A stretch of DNA of 50,996 nt from Octopus bimaculoides (taxonomy: Eukaryota): assembly GCF_001194135.2 (NCBI RefSeq), contig NC_068991.1, positions 54,867,629-54,918,624 on the forward strand. The letters run 5' to 3'. The notes beneath the pieces were generated by a model that saw only the letters and a program-made list of their open reading frames with translations, was not told the DNA's origin and ran no database searches. Positions 23,451 to 36,830 of the stretch are shown here, piece after piece; the stretch's first letter is position 1; every line of letters starts with the position of its first letter. The translations under genes and the position numbers were made by a program.

Positions 23451-26400
23451 TAGTAGTGGTGGCAGCAGTGGTAGCGGGAACAGCAGAGGCTCATCATCAT
23501 CTTAAGCAAAGGTTACATTTCTGATAGTCTAACATTCTGCATGATTTTATACAAAAATGCAATAAAATTAATCTAAGACATTGTAATTGTTATTAGTGAA
23601 TCCCACAGAAATAGAACTATTAACAATGTCAGCTGCTGTTAGAATTCTTCACAGGTGTCTTCTTAATTTTGCAGTGGTGATGCCTTCCCTGTCTTTTGTT
23701 TTACTTGTAACATTCATGACTTTTCAAACATCATTATTTTTATCATTATTTTCATTAGTATCTTCTTTCAGTTCTGTTTCCATTTCTTGCCAAGTGCCTT
23801 CCTGACACCTAGAGCAGAGAAACGTACTGTATACACTGGTAGGCCATTAAAACAAACACACCAGATTGTTCATTTATAGAGTCATATGACATAGAAAAAG
23901 GGGAAGACAAAGAGAAAAAGTAAAAAATAGATAAGTAAACATAGAATAAAGGGGGGGAAAAAGGAAAGAAAATTCACAGCAACAATCATCATCATCATCA
24001 AACATTATTATTGCATCATTAGTACAATATAAAGTCAAATTGTATATGAAACAACTATATTTTAGTTTTGTTTTAGTATTTTACAACTATAAAATTGTTT
24101 CTGAATTTAAGAAGAAAAATATCAATTTTGAAAACCAAAACAAGGAATTTATGTTCATATTTTGGATTATTTGGATTTCTTTCTGAATGTCTGTTGAGTG
24201 AGTGAAGAACAGTTTCTCTTCAAACTTCTTTCTAAGAGGAAATAGGAGAGGGTAACATGTCTTATTTTAATGTCTGAGGTTGGGAATCAGTTTATTTTTA
24301 GAAGCTGCTTCTACCTAAGAAAACTCCTTTTCATCCTGTTTTCCATTTTTGTTTTGTTTGGTTTGTTTGTTTTTCTCTTTTAACCATTCCTTGCATACAT
24401 TTCCTCATTTTAGATTATGTAAAACATTAATTGGAGGAAAGATCATTTTATATTTGTAGACTTCTATTTCCAGATTTATCTTTAATTAACAGGGCTTGTG
24501 GAGAAAAAAGGTTCCATTTTAGTTAAGAAATTTTTCCTTTACCAATTCCAGTTGACTTAATACTTCTTCTAAATTCCAATAGTCCTGAGTTCCTTGACAT
24601 ACACATATAGGGAAATAATTAAACAATGTATTAAATAATGAATTACTGCTTCTCTACTTTCTAAATATCTGGCAATTTAATATATTTGCATTTGTGCTGT
24701 TACCATTATGGTTTCATAATGATGATGCTGATGTATGTTGTTGTTGTAGCACCAGTTCAACCTGGACTGAACAGTCCGATGTTCTATCCAAAATTATTCC
24801 ATTTCTTCTTTCTTCTTTTTTTTTTGGCATATGGGTGATGGTGGTGGCTTGTGACCTTGTCTGCCTTGTGTACTACATTATACAAGCTAGCCTTATTATT
24901 TTCTTAAGATGGTAATGTTACTGGAAGGAGATTTGGCTGCTATTTCTAGCAGCTATAAAGGCCCTCTTATTAGCTCGTGATGTCTGTATACAAATTAGAA
25001 GTATTTCTGCATGAGATGCCAAGATACATATTTATAGCTGATAAAATGAAAACCAAGATATATACTACTGAAATAATAAAACTAATAGCATTACTGTGGA
25101 AATTCTACAGTTGTTAATGCCTAGTAAAGAGCACCAGTACTGATTCCTCATAGAAAGCACCCAGTACACTCTGTAGAGTGATTGGCATTAGGAAGGGCAT
25201 CCAGCCATAGAAACCATGTCAAAACAGACAACTGGAGTCTGGTGCGGCTCTGTGGGTTGCCAGTTCCTGTCAAACTGTCCAACCCATGCCAGCATGGAAA
25301 ACAGACNNNNNNNNNNNNNNNNNNNNNNNNNNNNNNNNNNNNNNNNNNNNNNNNNNNNNNNNNNNNNNNNNNNNNNNTTTTTTTTTTTTTTTGAAGTTGT
25401 ATTTTTCTGAAGTGTTTGTTTCTTGAGATAGTGTAAAGTCAATTGATTAGTAGTACTGAAAAGAGGGAATACCTTTGAAAACTATCTTCTTTGTTATTTG
25501 TCACCTCTTCTACCTTGAGAGTTGTTAAATGTAGTATTTATATTTTTACAAATACTAGGACATGTTCTAGAGGAAGCTACAAACAAATTGTCCCTGAGAA
25601 AGATATTGATTCACTTTTCTTCATCTTTACATTGTGACTGTTATTAAAATTATTGAGCATGTATTGAAAGAATAACATACTGTATACAGATATACAGAAC
25701 TATACAGATACTAAGAAAGAGAGAGAGAGAGAGAGAGAAAGAGGGATATTACATACACACAAGCATAACTAGATGTTCACACACATAAACAGAGAAGACA
25801 GAGAGAGAGAGAGAGAGAGAGAAAGAGAAATAGTAAAATGTTTCAAATAAGTGTTGAATCAGTAACATGAAATAGGCAGCACCAAAATGTCTCAGACCTG
25901 TAGCAAATGCTTTAACAACCCTTTAGCATTTAACCTATATCAGGGCCAAATATTCTACCTGTTTTTTTGTTGTTTTTTTTTTTTTTGTTCAAACCAGCCA
26001 GATCTGGCCTCTCACAACTACTCTACAATGTGATTCTAACAATAAAAAAATCACGTAATTAAAATCTTGAAGCTGTGAGACAACACATGATTAATTTAAA
26101 GCAATGTGAACAAATAAGTATTATATTTGACACAGCGCAGTAATTTGAAGGCTAAAGGGTTAAACAACGTTACCAAGGAAATGAAATTAAAGTCAGTCTG
26201 TCTATAATATTATTCTGTTATAATATAACTACAATGGTGTGGTTTCAACAACCCCTAATCTATATCCTTATTTTAATATCAGAGAAAAGTAAGATGGTAA
26301 ACTGGCAGAATTGTTAGCAGGCCAGGTAAAATGCCAAGCAGCATTTCATCCATCTTTGCATTCTGAGTTCAAATTCCTCTGAGGTTGACTTTGTCTTTCA

Positions 26401-27484
26401 TCCTCTTGGGGTCGATAAAATAAGTACCAGTTGAGTGCTGGAGTTGATGTGATCAACTTATTCCTGCCTCTGAAATTGCTAGCCTGGTGCCAAAATTTGA
26501 AACCAATTTCAGAGAAAAGTTCAGAACTGATATATTTTGTTGCCATGTCTAGAAAGCCAATTGACTATAGATGCTCTGACATTGGCTCATATGCTATCAT
26601 ATAGTGTACTCTAATGATATTTATTTGTTTCTTGTATGTTATCAACCATTGAGAGCTAAATAATTAATTCATGGTTTTGAAGAGAAAACCATATCTCTTT
26701 GATGCAATTTTAACAAAATATATAATGACATCTACATATGTGTATGGTTAACAGTTTTGCTATCATAGTTTTATTTCAATGGTTTTCACCTTAACCTTAT
26801 GTGACCCTAACCCAACATTCCACAACTAAGTTGTTTTTTTTTTTCATATTCACCCTGTAACCTCTGATGTTCAGTGCTAATGTCAATGTTAAGTACAGAT
26901 TAGAAACCAACACTTTACCCAACAAACTGCTATCTTACATTTCTACTGCATAGCTTTACTTACAAACAGAAGCATTTTGGTTAGAAATTATACTCCCAAT
27001 TTCTCAGTTATTGAAATATTATTCCAGTTACCTCACCAACAAAATTTTATTTGTAAAATATTGTCCCGTCATCAATGAATTCTGAGTTATGACACAACAT
27101 ACATTATGGCAAACATTAATTTTAAAAATTTTCATTTTTTGATTTAAAAAGGCTGATGCCATGTATAAAGCAAGCACCTGTCCTGGTGCCACATAAAACG
27201 CACTCAGTACACTGTAAATTGGTTGGTGTTATGAAGGTCATCCTGCTGTAGAAATCATACCAAAACAGACATTTGAAGCCTGTTGCAGCTCTCCAGCTTG
27301 TCATGTCTTGTCAAACCATCCAACCTATGCCAGCATAGGTGGTGGTAGTGACAGCAGCAGTGATGATGCAGTGGTTGTGGTGGTGGTGGTTATCTCTAGA
27401 AGGATAGTCATTTTAATAAATATAACTCCTGATTCGCTACCTATTAAAAGTTGTTGACATTCATCTTTTTCCTTTATTTTTCAG

Positions 27485-27718
27485 TGTAACTGTACTGAAT
27501 TTCAAAAAAATGTGATTGAAAAGTGTGATGAATTAATAGAGTCAATCAGAGCCCGTCGGCAATATTTGTTAGATACTCTAAATAATGAAAAAGAAATGAA
27601 AATTTTGACACTGAAAGAACAAGTTTCCCATTGTACCAGCCTTCTACAACGTACCACTGGACTACTTCAGTTTGGTATTGAAGTCTTAAAAGAAAGTGAT
27701 GCCTTCTCTTTTTTACAG
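27485..27718 (+). CDS. TRIM9: TRIM9/TRIM67-like coiled-coil exon
   Basis: ttttcag|CNCTEFQKNVIEKCDELIESIRARRQYLL...HCTSLLQRTTGLLQFGIEVLKESDAFSFLQ|gtaatt; 234 nt, phase 0/0. Family motif TTGL(L/I)QF.IE.LKE.D..FLQ. Confidence 0.95.
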
Positions 27719-28736
27719 GTAATTCTATGTTTTAATGAAAATTGTTTGAAGTATTTTTTGGTTATAACTCTGGACTCTGAATCCAGCAATCTGAGTTCAG
27801 ATTTCACTATAGCCCCAAAGCTTTGTGAGTGAATTTTGTAAATGGAAATTGAAAGAAGCCCATCATATACATGTTTGTGTGTGTATGTGTGTGTGTGTGT
27901 GTGGCACACCTTTGTGTTGACATCACATGATAGTTTTAAATGAGTATCATCATCATCATATAAGCAGTCTTATAAGAAAAATATGACTAACTATAGCGAA
28001 ATGTTGCCTTGCCTGGAAATAGATGAGGGTCAATGGTGAGAAGGGCGTCTGACTGTAGAAAATCCGCCTCAACTTTTAGCATTTAAACCAGCCATATCCA
28101 GCCAAATTATTCTACACATTTTATGTTTAAACTGGCCAGATCTGGCCTCTTCCATCTACCTTATAATGTCATTCTAAAAATAAACAATCACATCATCAAA
28201 ATCTTGAAGCAACAAGATGATGCTTGATTAGTTCAAAACAATATGAATTAATAAGATTTACATTTGACAGAATAATCTGAATGCTAAAGGATTAACAAAT
28301 TCTGTGTAACCCATGCAAACATAGAAAAGTAGATGTTAAATGATGATGATGATGCTGATAGGTAATTCTTATTGAACACACCTACATCATAGAAACAACT
28401 GATCAAATATTTTAAGGCAGACCACAAACTGAGCACCCAAGATATGAAGACATGTTTCATCTTTTGATGTAAGTCAAACTTCATTAGAGATGATGGCTTT
28501 ATGTGATTCTCATTTTAATGATGGAGATTAAATGATTTGGGCTACAACTTCATATAATCTCTTTCACTAAATCACTTCTCACAGAACTGTTATAATTAAT
28601 AGCAGTGTTAAAATAGTATTTAAAATAGAAAAGTGGAGACGCAAGACTGGAGAACAGGATTAGAATAGATCAGAATATGACACTGAATTATCTCCCCTTC
28701 TACCTGAAATTAATTACTTCAGTAGTTTCACTAGAT

Positions 28737-29720
28737 ATAATAATAATAATAATAATAATAATGAAATTATTGTGTATAGTGCTCAGGTGCACTACAACTC
28801 ATTAAAGGTGCATGTACAGCACATAGAAGTATGTACAAAAGTCAGGAATGTGAATAGTGTATGAGTCATGATATACATGTGTGCATGCATATGGAGTGGG
28901 GGTTATCAGGTATAGTGTTGGTGAATTTCAAGAAGTATGGAGTTTTTAAAGGATGCAATGTCTCGGCAACTAACAACTGATGCAAGTAGTTTGTTCCATG
29001 CTTCAGCAACTCTGAGTGTGAAAAAATGTTTCCAAAAGTCACAGGAGTTGTGCTGTTTTCTGACTTAGTAGGCATGCCCACATGTGATAGATACATGGAG
29101 CTTAAAAAGGTGCTCAAGGTAGTTGTTGATATGATGGTTAATAATTTTGTGGGTGTTTACTAAGTCAGTTGCCAAACGTTGGAGCTTCAATGTATCTATA
29201 GCCAGGGAAGCATGGCGTTCATAGTATGGTAGATGCCCGATGGAGGGTATTCACTTGGTTGCATGTCTCAAAATAGCTTCCAGGAGGTCAATGTCCTGAG
29301 CAAGATAGGGGTCCCAGACTGGTGATGCAAATTCCAAGTGTGGCCACACCATAACCATATACAGCCTTAAATAAATAGCTGGAGAGCGACTGACAAAGGT
29401 CTTGCTGAGTTTGTCCAGTGCAAATTGCTACTGACAGTAATGCCCAGGTCATGTTCAAAGAAGACTTCTTGATATTAGTGTTGTGGAGAGAGTATGTGGA
29501 CGTTGGGTTTTTCCTCCCAAAATGCATGGTAGTACACCTGTCCACAGCCAGCTTGAGTTGCCAGTCCATGATCCATTGTTGCATTGTGTCTAGGTCTGAT
29601 TGCAGGAAAGATCTATAGTGTTCAGGATCTGCCTTTTTTATCTCAAGATACAGCTTGATGTCATCTGCATATTTCAGCACTATGGCATTCTTTAAGTTAG
29701 CATCTGAGTCATTAATGTAT
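28737..29720 (-). mobile_element. CR1-clade LINE, 5'-truncated (RT YADD region to 3' (ATT)n tail)
   Basis: YINDSDANLKNAIVLKYADDIKLYLEI...LQSDLDTMQQWIMDWQLKLAVDRCTTMHFGRKNP is a CR1-type RT domain C-E; frameshifted downstream. Confidence 0.9.
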
Positions 29721-30155
29721 GTTCACTTTTACTAGTTACAACTCAAGGTCTGTGATCATGCTGTGGTACCAGCATTATTATATGTCTATATCAAACTTTA
29801 CTTTTATCTTACAAATTATTCAAAAATTATCTAAGCAACAAGGTTGTTTGGGAACAAGTATTTTTTATGTGTTTCAGACAAAAACAAATTTCAAATACTG
29901 AAAAATGTGTTACCATAATTCATAGAAAATTCCTAAATTCCTAATAGAAAATGTAATGTAAATGCTTGTGCTATGACACCTTTTGTATATCAATTTATGA
30001 CATTACTTCAATAGTACACCACCATAGAACTGGATATGAATTTATGATTGCTTTACTTTTTCATTTTAATTCCTTGGTTGACTTTTTCTCTTTTTTCCAG
30101 ATAATAATGGTTGTTTATTTTATATTCTGTTTCACTGAGGTCGTTTCTCTTTCAG

Positions 30156-30312
30156 ATTTCCAATGCTTTGATAAATCGCGTTTCCACAGCTGATGAAAAT
30201 TTCAACAGAGAAATTGAATTAACAGCTCGAGTTTCACCAAAATTTGAATTAGGGTTTGACAACGAACACATCTTACAATCAATAGAGAATATGGACTTTT
30301 ATGAAATGAAAG
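30156..30312 (+). CDS. TRIM9: TRIM9/TRIM67-like COS-domain exon
   Basis: ctctttcag|ISNALINRVSTADENFNREIELTARVSPKFELGFDNEHILQSIENMDFYEMK G|gtaagg; 157 nt, phase 0/1. Confidence 0.95.
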
Positions 30313-30564
30313 GTAAGGGGTTTACTTGTTCTTTCAATATAGTGTTGAGGTGCTATCATCATTGTTTTAATGTCCCCTTTTCCACACTTGCATGGGTCAG
30401 AGTTTATTGAAGCAGATTTTCTATGGCCAGCTGGCTTTCATGTCGCTGACTCTCACCTGTTTTCAAGCGTGGAAATATTTTCCCATGGCTAGACATGTTT
30501 TTGAAGAATATTGGAAATGAGTGGTGGTTAAATAAATGAACAATGTTCCTCTTGTTTCTTGCAG

Positions 30565-30704
30565 CTCCTGGCCAGCCTGTGATAATTCCTGAAGATTGTA
30601 GTGCTGAGAATAACAGTGTCACCATAGCATGGCAGCCTCACCCAAGTGGTATTGTTGAAACTTTTACTTTGGAACTTGATGATGGCAACAGTGGAGATTT
30701 TAGG
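30565..30704 (+). CDS. TRIM9: TRIM9/TRIM67-like FN3 exon (first half)
   Basis: ttcttgcag|(A)PGQPVIIPEDCSAENNSVTIAWQPHPSGIVETFTLELDDGNSGDFR|gttagt; 140 nt, phase 1/0. CSAENNSVT.AW and LELDDG are Trim9 hallmarks. Confidence 0.95.
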
Positions 30705-31104
30705 GTTAGTAAATATTCTTTCTATTTNNNNNNNNNNCATTGCTCAACTGGTACTTATTTTTACCAACCCCAAAAGAATGAAAGGCAGAGTTGACCTTAG
30801 CAGAATATGAACTCAAAATGTAACAAAATGGAAGAAATATTGCTAAGCATGTTCCCTGACATGCTAACAATTCTGCCAGCTTGGCATAATACTAATGGAA
30901 AGCCATCTCTCAGCAAGACTCAGAGCACTGCATCTAAGTGTTGTAGTTTCAAAGATTTTTATCTCTGTAACTGACTTGAAAGTATTGCTCTCATTGATCA
31001 TTTTGCCACAATGGATTTAATCAGTCTGAACAGTCTATACCTTTGTATGATCTTATTGATGTTTTTACTGCTGGCTATTCTTGTTGCAGGCAACTAATCA
31101 TCTA

Positions 31105-31261
31105 CAATCGTGGTCAAAAGTTTGGAACATAGGTCTGAAAATTAGAATTTTTATCTTAACTGCTCAAATATATATGCTGTATATATATATGAATCAAATT
31201 ACAATTTCATAACAATTTAATTTTTTTTTTTTTAAATGTCCCAAGCTTTTGACCACAATTG
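31105..31261. mobile_element. Tc1/mariner-type MITE, 157 bp
   Basis: TA TSD on both sides; ~25-bp TIRs CAATCGTGGTCAAAAGTTTGGAACA / TGTCCCAAGCTTTTGACCACAATTG (3 mismatches). Confidence 0.8.
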
Positions 31262-31938
31262 TATGCATCATCATCATCTTCGTTTAACATTTGTTTTCCA
31301 TGCTGGTATGGGTTTGACAGTTTGGCAGGAGCTGGCAACCCATAGAGCTGCACCAGGCTCCAATTGCTTGTTTCGGCAAGGTTTCTATAGCTGGTTGCCC
31401 TTTCTGATGTCAACCACTTCACAGTGTGTACTGGATGCCACCAACACAGATACTTTTGATGTGGCACCAGCATGGATTAAGAAAAACTTTTTACTTTGTT
31501 GTTTTCAAATAACCTGCCTGATATAAAGTCTGTAACATAATTTAAATGACTTTCAGTTTTCTTCTTCTGTGACTTCAGATTAAAAAAAAAAACAACTAGG
31601 TGTTTGCTAAGCAAAGGTGTGGTGTGGTCAAGTAGTTTTCTTCCCAACCACATGATTTTTGGATCAGTCCCACTGTGTAGCACCTTGGGCATGTGTCTTT
31701 TACCATAGCCCTGAGCTGAGTAAAGCCTTGTGAGTAGATTTGGTAGACAAAAATTGAAAGAAGTCCATTGTAATATATGTATGTGTGTGTTTGTGTTTCT
31801 TTTTTTCAGCATTGCATGATTGTTGTTTGGCCATGGGTAAAAGGTAAGAGTTGGCAACAGGAAAGGCATCTGGTCATAGAAAATTTGCCTCGGTAAATTC
31901 TGTCCAATCCATGCAAGAATGGAAAAGTAGACATAGAT

Positions 31939-32840
31939 GCACAGGGGCAATAAACCGAAGATGCTCAGAAAACAGATTCCATCACATGCCAGGGGAAGAA
32001 ACTAGAAGTAGTTGATAGCTTCCACTACCTAGGTGACCAAGTCTGTAGTGGGGGTGGATGCTCGGAGAGCATTGCCACTAGAATAAGAATAGCTTGGGCA
32101 AAGTTCAGAAAGCTCCTACCTCTCGCTCAGAGTGAAAGGTAGACTGTATGATGCATGTGTGCATATTGCTATGCTACACGATGTGAAACATGGGCCATGA
32201 CTGTTGAGGACATACATAGGATTGAAAGAAATGAAGCCAGTATGATCTGCTGGATGTGTAATGTCAGTGTGCTCACTCAACAGAGTGTAAGCACCCTGAG
32301 AGAAATGTTGGACATAAGAAGCATCAGATGTAGTGTGCAAGAGAGACGACTGCACTGGTATAGTCATGTGATGCCTATGGATGAAGACAGCTGTGTAAAG
32401 AAATGCTGATCTCTAAATGTGGAGGGAACCTGTGGAAGAAGAAGACCCAGGAAGACATGGGATGAGGTAGTGAAGCACGACCTTCGAACGTTGGGCCTCA
32501 CAGAGGCAATGACAAGAGACCGATACCTTTGGAGATATGCTGTGATTGAGAAGACCCGGCAAGTAAAGTGAGATTACAACCGTAGCCAGTATTGCATAAC
32601 CAGCTCATTTAAAAAGTACCTTTGAATAGTCGGGCGACACGCTGTGCTTGAGGAGACATATTGAGTCAAGTAAAATCAAAAATCAAAATCAAAATCACAA
32701 TCACAATCAGAATCTCAATCAAATATGGAAATTGTAGTTGTAGCTGATGCCAGTGCCACCTGACTGGCTCTCATGCTGGTGGCACACAATAAGCACCATT
32801 CATGCGTGGGTCATTACCAGTGGCATGTAGAAAGCACTTG
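31939..32840 (+). mobile_element. RTE-clade LINE fragment (RT C-terminus and part of 3'UTR)
   Basis: KLEVVDSFHYLGDQV...RIRIAWAKFRKLLPL...CETWAMTVEDIHRIERNEASM...ERRLHWYSHVMPMDEDSCVKKC...RPRKTWDEVVKHDLRTLGL, with frameshifts. Confidence 0.9.
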
Positions 32841-33019
32841 TGAGTGATTTAAGGAGGTAACTTTACTAACCTTTTCTATTCTAAAAATAAATAATCACAT
32901 CATCAAAATCTCAAAGCTACAAGATAACATGTGATTAATTCAAAACAATATGAATAGATAAGCATTACATTTGACAGAATAATCTGAATGCTAAAGGGTT
33001 TGATAATCCTTTGTAATAC

Positions 33020-33655
33020 TGATTTTGAATTTTGGCACAAGGCCAGCAATTTTGGGAGATGGGGTAAGTCAATTAGATCAACCCCGGTGCAAAACTGATA
33101 CTTATTTTGTTGACCCTGAAAGGATGAAAAGCAAAGTCCTACCTCCAAAGAATTTGAACTCAAACATAATGAGAGATGAAATGCTGCTAAGCATTTTTCC
33201 CAGCATGCTAATGATTCTGCCAGCTCACCACCCTATAACCAGTAAATATTAAGTTCAAATTTTTGCACAAAGCCAGCAATTTCAGGGAAGGAGTAAGTCA
33301 TACTTATTTTATCAACCTCAGAAAAAATGAAAGGCAAAGTCGACCTTAGTGGAATTTGAACTCAGAATGTAAAGATAAACAAAATGCTGCTAAACATCTT
33401 GCACAGCATGTTAACAATGCTGCCAGCTTGCTACCCTAATGGTTTTCAAATTCTGACATCAGACCAGCAAATTCAAGGGAGGGGTAATTCCATTACATCA
33501 ACCCCAATGCTCAGTTGGTACTTATTTTATTGACCTCAAAAGGATAAAAGGCAAAGTCGGCTTCGGCAGAACTTGAACTCAGAAAATAAAGACAGATGAA
33601 ATGTTGCCAGGCATTTTGCCCAGCATGCTAACAATTCTGCCATTTTGCCACCCTA
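33020..33655 (-). mobile_element. Head-to-tail array of three SINE-A copies
   Basis: Three consecutive same-orientation degenerate copies. Confidence 0.8.
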
Positions 33656-33816
33656 ATCCTGTGTAGTATTGAGTATGACTAAACATCATCATCATCATCA
33701 TCATCATCGTTTAACGTCCGCTTTCCATGCTAGCATGGGTTGGACGATTTGAATGAGGACTGGTGAAACCGGATGGCAACACCAGGCTCCAATCTAAACA
33801 GTCTGACAAAAACTGA

Positions 33817-34098
<282 letters not shown>

Positions 34099-34351
34099 TG
34101 AATGAATTGACCTCGCTACAAGTTTTTGCTTTTAAGCCCAGTACTTATTCTATCCATCTTTTTTTTTTTTTTTTTGCCAAACTGCTAAGTTACAAGGACA
34201 TAAAGAAACCAACACCTGTTGTCAAACAGTGGTAGGGGACAAAGACACAAACATACACACACACACACACGAGCCTGGTGTTGCCATCCGGTTTCACCAG
34301 TCCTCAGTCAAATCGTCCAACCCATGCTAGCATGGAAAGCGGACGTTAAAC

Positions 34352-34387
<36 letters not shown>

Positions 34388-35229
34388 ATATATGTCGGGC
34401 TTCTTTCAGTTTCTATCTACCAAATCTACTCACAAGGCTTTGGTCAGCCCGGGGCTATAGTAGAAGACACTTGCCCAAGGTGCCACACAGTGGGACTGAA
34501 CTTGGAACTATGTGTTTCAGAAGCAAGCTTCTTACTTCACAGCCACACCTTAGTTTGCATTTCAAAGGAAGAAAAATTTCAGATTCAAATATAGAAAGAA
34601 ATACCCCAACTGAAAAATATTGTAGCTTTTTTTCCCACTGTGTGCCTGCTGCCAATGAAGTTTTTTAAATAGAACATATTGTTTGCTGTCTTAGTGTTTA
34701 TCCTCATCTAATGCAGAGGTATGCATTTGCATTCGTGCATATTAATGCACCTAAGATGCTGCACTACTTGACACATCACTCCACTTGACATTAAGTAGTG
34801 TATCACTCCTTAAGCAGATACCCACCAAAACCTTATGTCTCATCACAAAGAGACCACTAATGCATGACAGAAATTGAACTCAAAACAAAGAGTTGTAACA
34901 GATATAGTGAGGTTTCTCACTTGATACATTAACTGTGAATTTATTTATTGAAAGGACAAAAGACAAATTTGACTTTTGTATGATTTGAATTCCCAGTGCA
35001 GGGAGCCAAATGAGTGCCAAGATTGATGAAAGCAAAGTTAGAAAGAAGAGAGCTCACAAAATATAAATTTAAATCATCAAAGGAAGATTTTAAAGCATTT
35101 AACACTTTGCTGGTTGAGCTATTTGTGTCTATATTAAAAGGGCTTAATCCATAAAATACTTAACATTTTGTTATATCCTGTTACATCCCCATTTATCAAA
35201 TGAAAAATTATAAATTTCTAATCAACGTT

Positions 35230-35470
35230 CTAGTTACAAATGAAGTCCTTAAGCTTTGCCGAGAGCTTATTGTCACAGGGTGGCCTGATATTGCTGGTGG
35301 TTGGTCAGTCTGCACTTGTAGCAGGACCTTTGTAAGCTGATGCTGACGAATTATGTCTGACTAGTCTTCCATCCTTGTGCATTCTGACAATATAGCTACA
35401 TGGTTCCATGCATTTATCTACAACTGTTGCTGGTTACCATGTGTTATTTTCTTGAAGGACAGACTCTTTG
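35230..35470 (-). mobile_element. Ty3/Gypsy pol 3' end relic (integrase C-terminal region)
   Basis: VLQENNTW*PATVVDKCMEPCSYIVRMHKDGRLVRHN...NIRPPCDNKLSAKLKDFICN* resembles the W.PA.VV....PRSY.V....G...RRN and RPP...L.DFV motifs at Gypsy pol C-termini. Confidence 0.6.
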
Positions 35471-35939
35471 CTGCCTATAACTAATTCAGAAAGGTCTTTT
35501 ACATTTCTATTGTAGTACTGTTCACATTTTTCATTGATTCATGGCCTTTTGGTTTTGTGCTAAGCAAGACGTAATTGCACTTTAGTTTTTCTAAAGCAGA
35601 TTTTATATGTGCTTTATTTTTTATTTACATCTTCGTACTGAGCTGTTTATATATATGTATATACAATTAAAGGAATTTAATCCATAAAATGTTTATAAGT
35701 TTGTCCTAAACATCCATGCATGTTTTCAGACTTTTAGTTAGCTCTTGTTTCATACATTCTGAGTAATATAAAGCTCTCTTTTCATAAGTCTCAAGTTGCT
35801 CTGGTGGTTAAAAAAAAAAATTGAGAATGCATATCATGTGATGCATGGACATCAGGGAAACATGTCCTGTGTATTACATGTAACAGGACAGTCAAAGGTT
35901 TAAAATATCCTAATAATTTTAAGAATTGAACAATATTAC

Positions 35940-36224
35940 TTTTGTTGTGTTTAGGGAGAGTCATTATGCCAATATAATTAACACAGACACCGGTTCAATT
36001 CCACTTCTTTATTTTAAATCAATTGGTTTAGTATCCAACTAACTAATCAAATAGTCATTGAAAAGGTTGCAAGTAGCAATGCAAGAGCTTTAACAAACAA
36101 AAACAAAACAAATTAAACAAATTAGTTGGTTATTTAACCAATTGACTAATAATAAAGGAGTGGAATTGAACCAGTGCATGTGTTAATTATATTGGCATAA
36201 TGACTCTCCCTGGACACAACAAAA
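35940..36224. mobile_element. Fold-back MITE-like element with ~110-bp imperfect TIRs (unclassified)
   Basis: TTTGTTGTGT..AGGGAGAGTCATTATGCCAATATAATTAACACA...GGTTCAATTCCACT is mirrored at the right end. No TSD resolved. Confidence 0.75.
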
Positions 36225-36587
36225 TTTGTTTCAACACACAAATTCACATAAAGTACCTTGCAAACTAGATACAAAAACAAAGAATAGTATTGTTTGTTTT
36301 AATGTAAATTTGGTCTTCAATACAGCATAGGTAACATGTCTTTCTGTGATGTGAGACAAATAAATATAGAAATTAATTTGTATTACTCCACTTCAATATT
36401 TAAAATTTATCTTTTTGCAGGATTTGCAGTTCCATTTGCTTGCCTTAATGTCGCTTCAAATCAGGTAATTGTTTATCTTTTTTACATATATTTTTATTTA
36501 TGACAATAAATGTAGAGCTTCTCTTGATGAGCATTCTTTTCCATTCTTCCTAGATATGGTAGATTTTGAGATACCAGAGCAGAAACT

Positions 36588-36830
36588 CAGTGAAGGTGCT
36601 TGGCCTAGCAGTTGGGGTGTTGAACTAACAATTTAACGATCATGGTTTTGATTCCTGAACCGGTCGGTGCATTGTGTTCTTGAGTAAAACATTTCATTTC
36701 ATGTTGCTCCAGTCCACTCAGCTGAAAATGAGTTACCCTACCCTGCAACAGACCAGCGTCCTGCTCAGGGGGAATGTCGTGATCTCAGTCACTTATATGC
36801 CATGGAAACCGGGTAACTGGCCTAATGTAT
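36588..36830 (+). mobile_element. MetaSINE-like tRNA-derived SINE
   Basis: A/B-box-like head (TGGCCTAGCAG...GGTTTTGATTCC); centre TGTGTTCTTGAGTAAAACATTT...ACCCTGCAACAGACCAGCGTCCTG.TCAGGGGG...CATGGAAACCGGG resembles the Meta domain (from recall). Confidence 0.6.
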
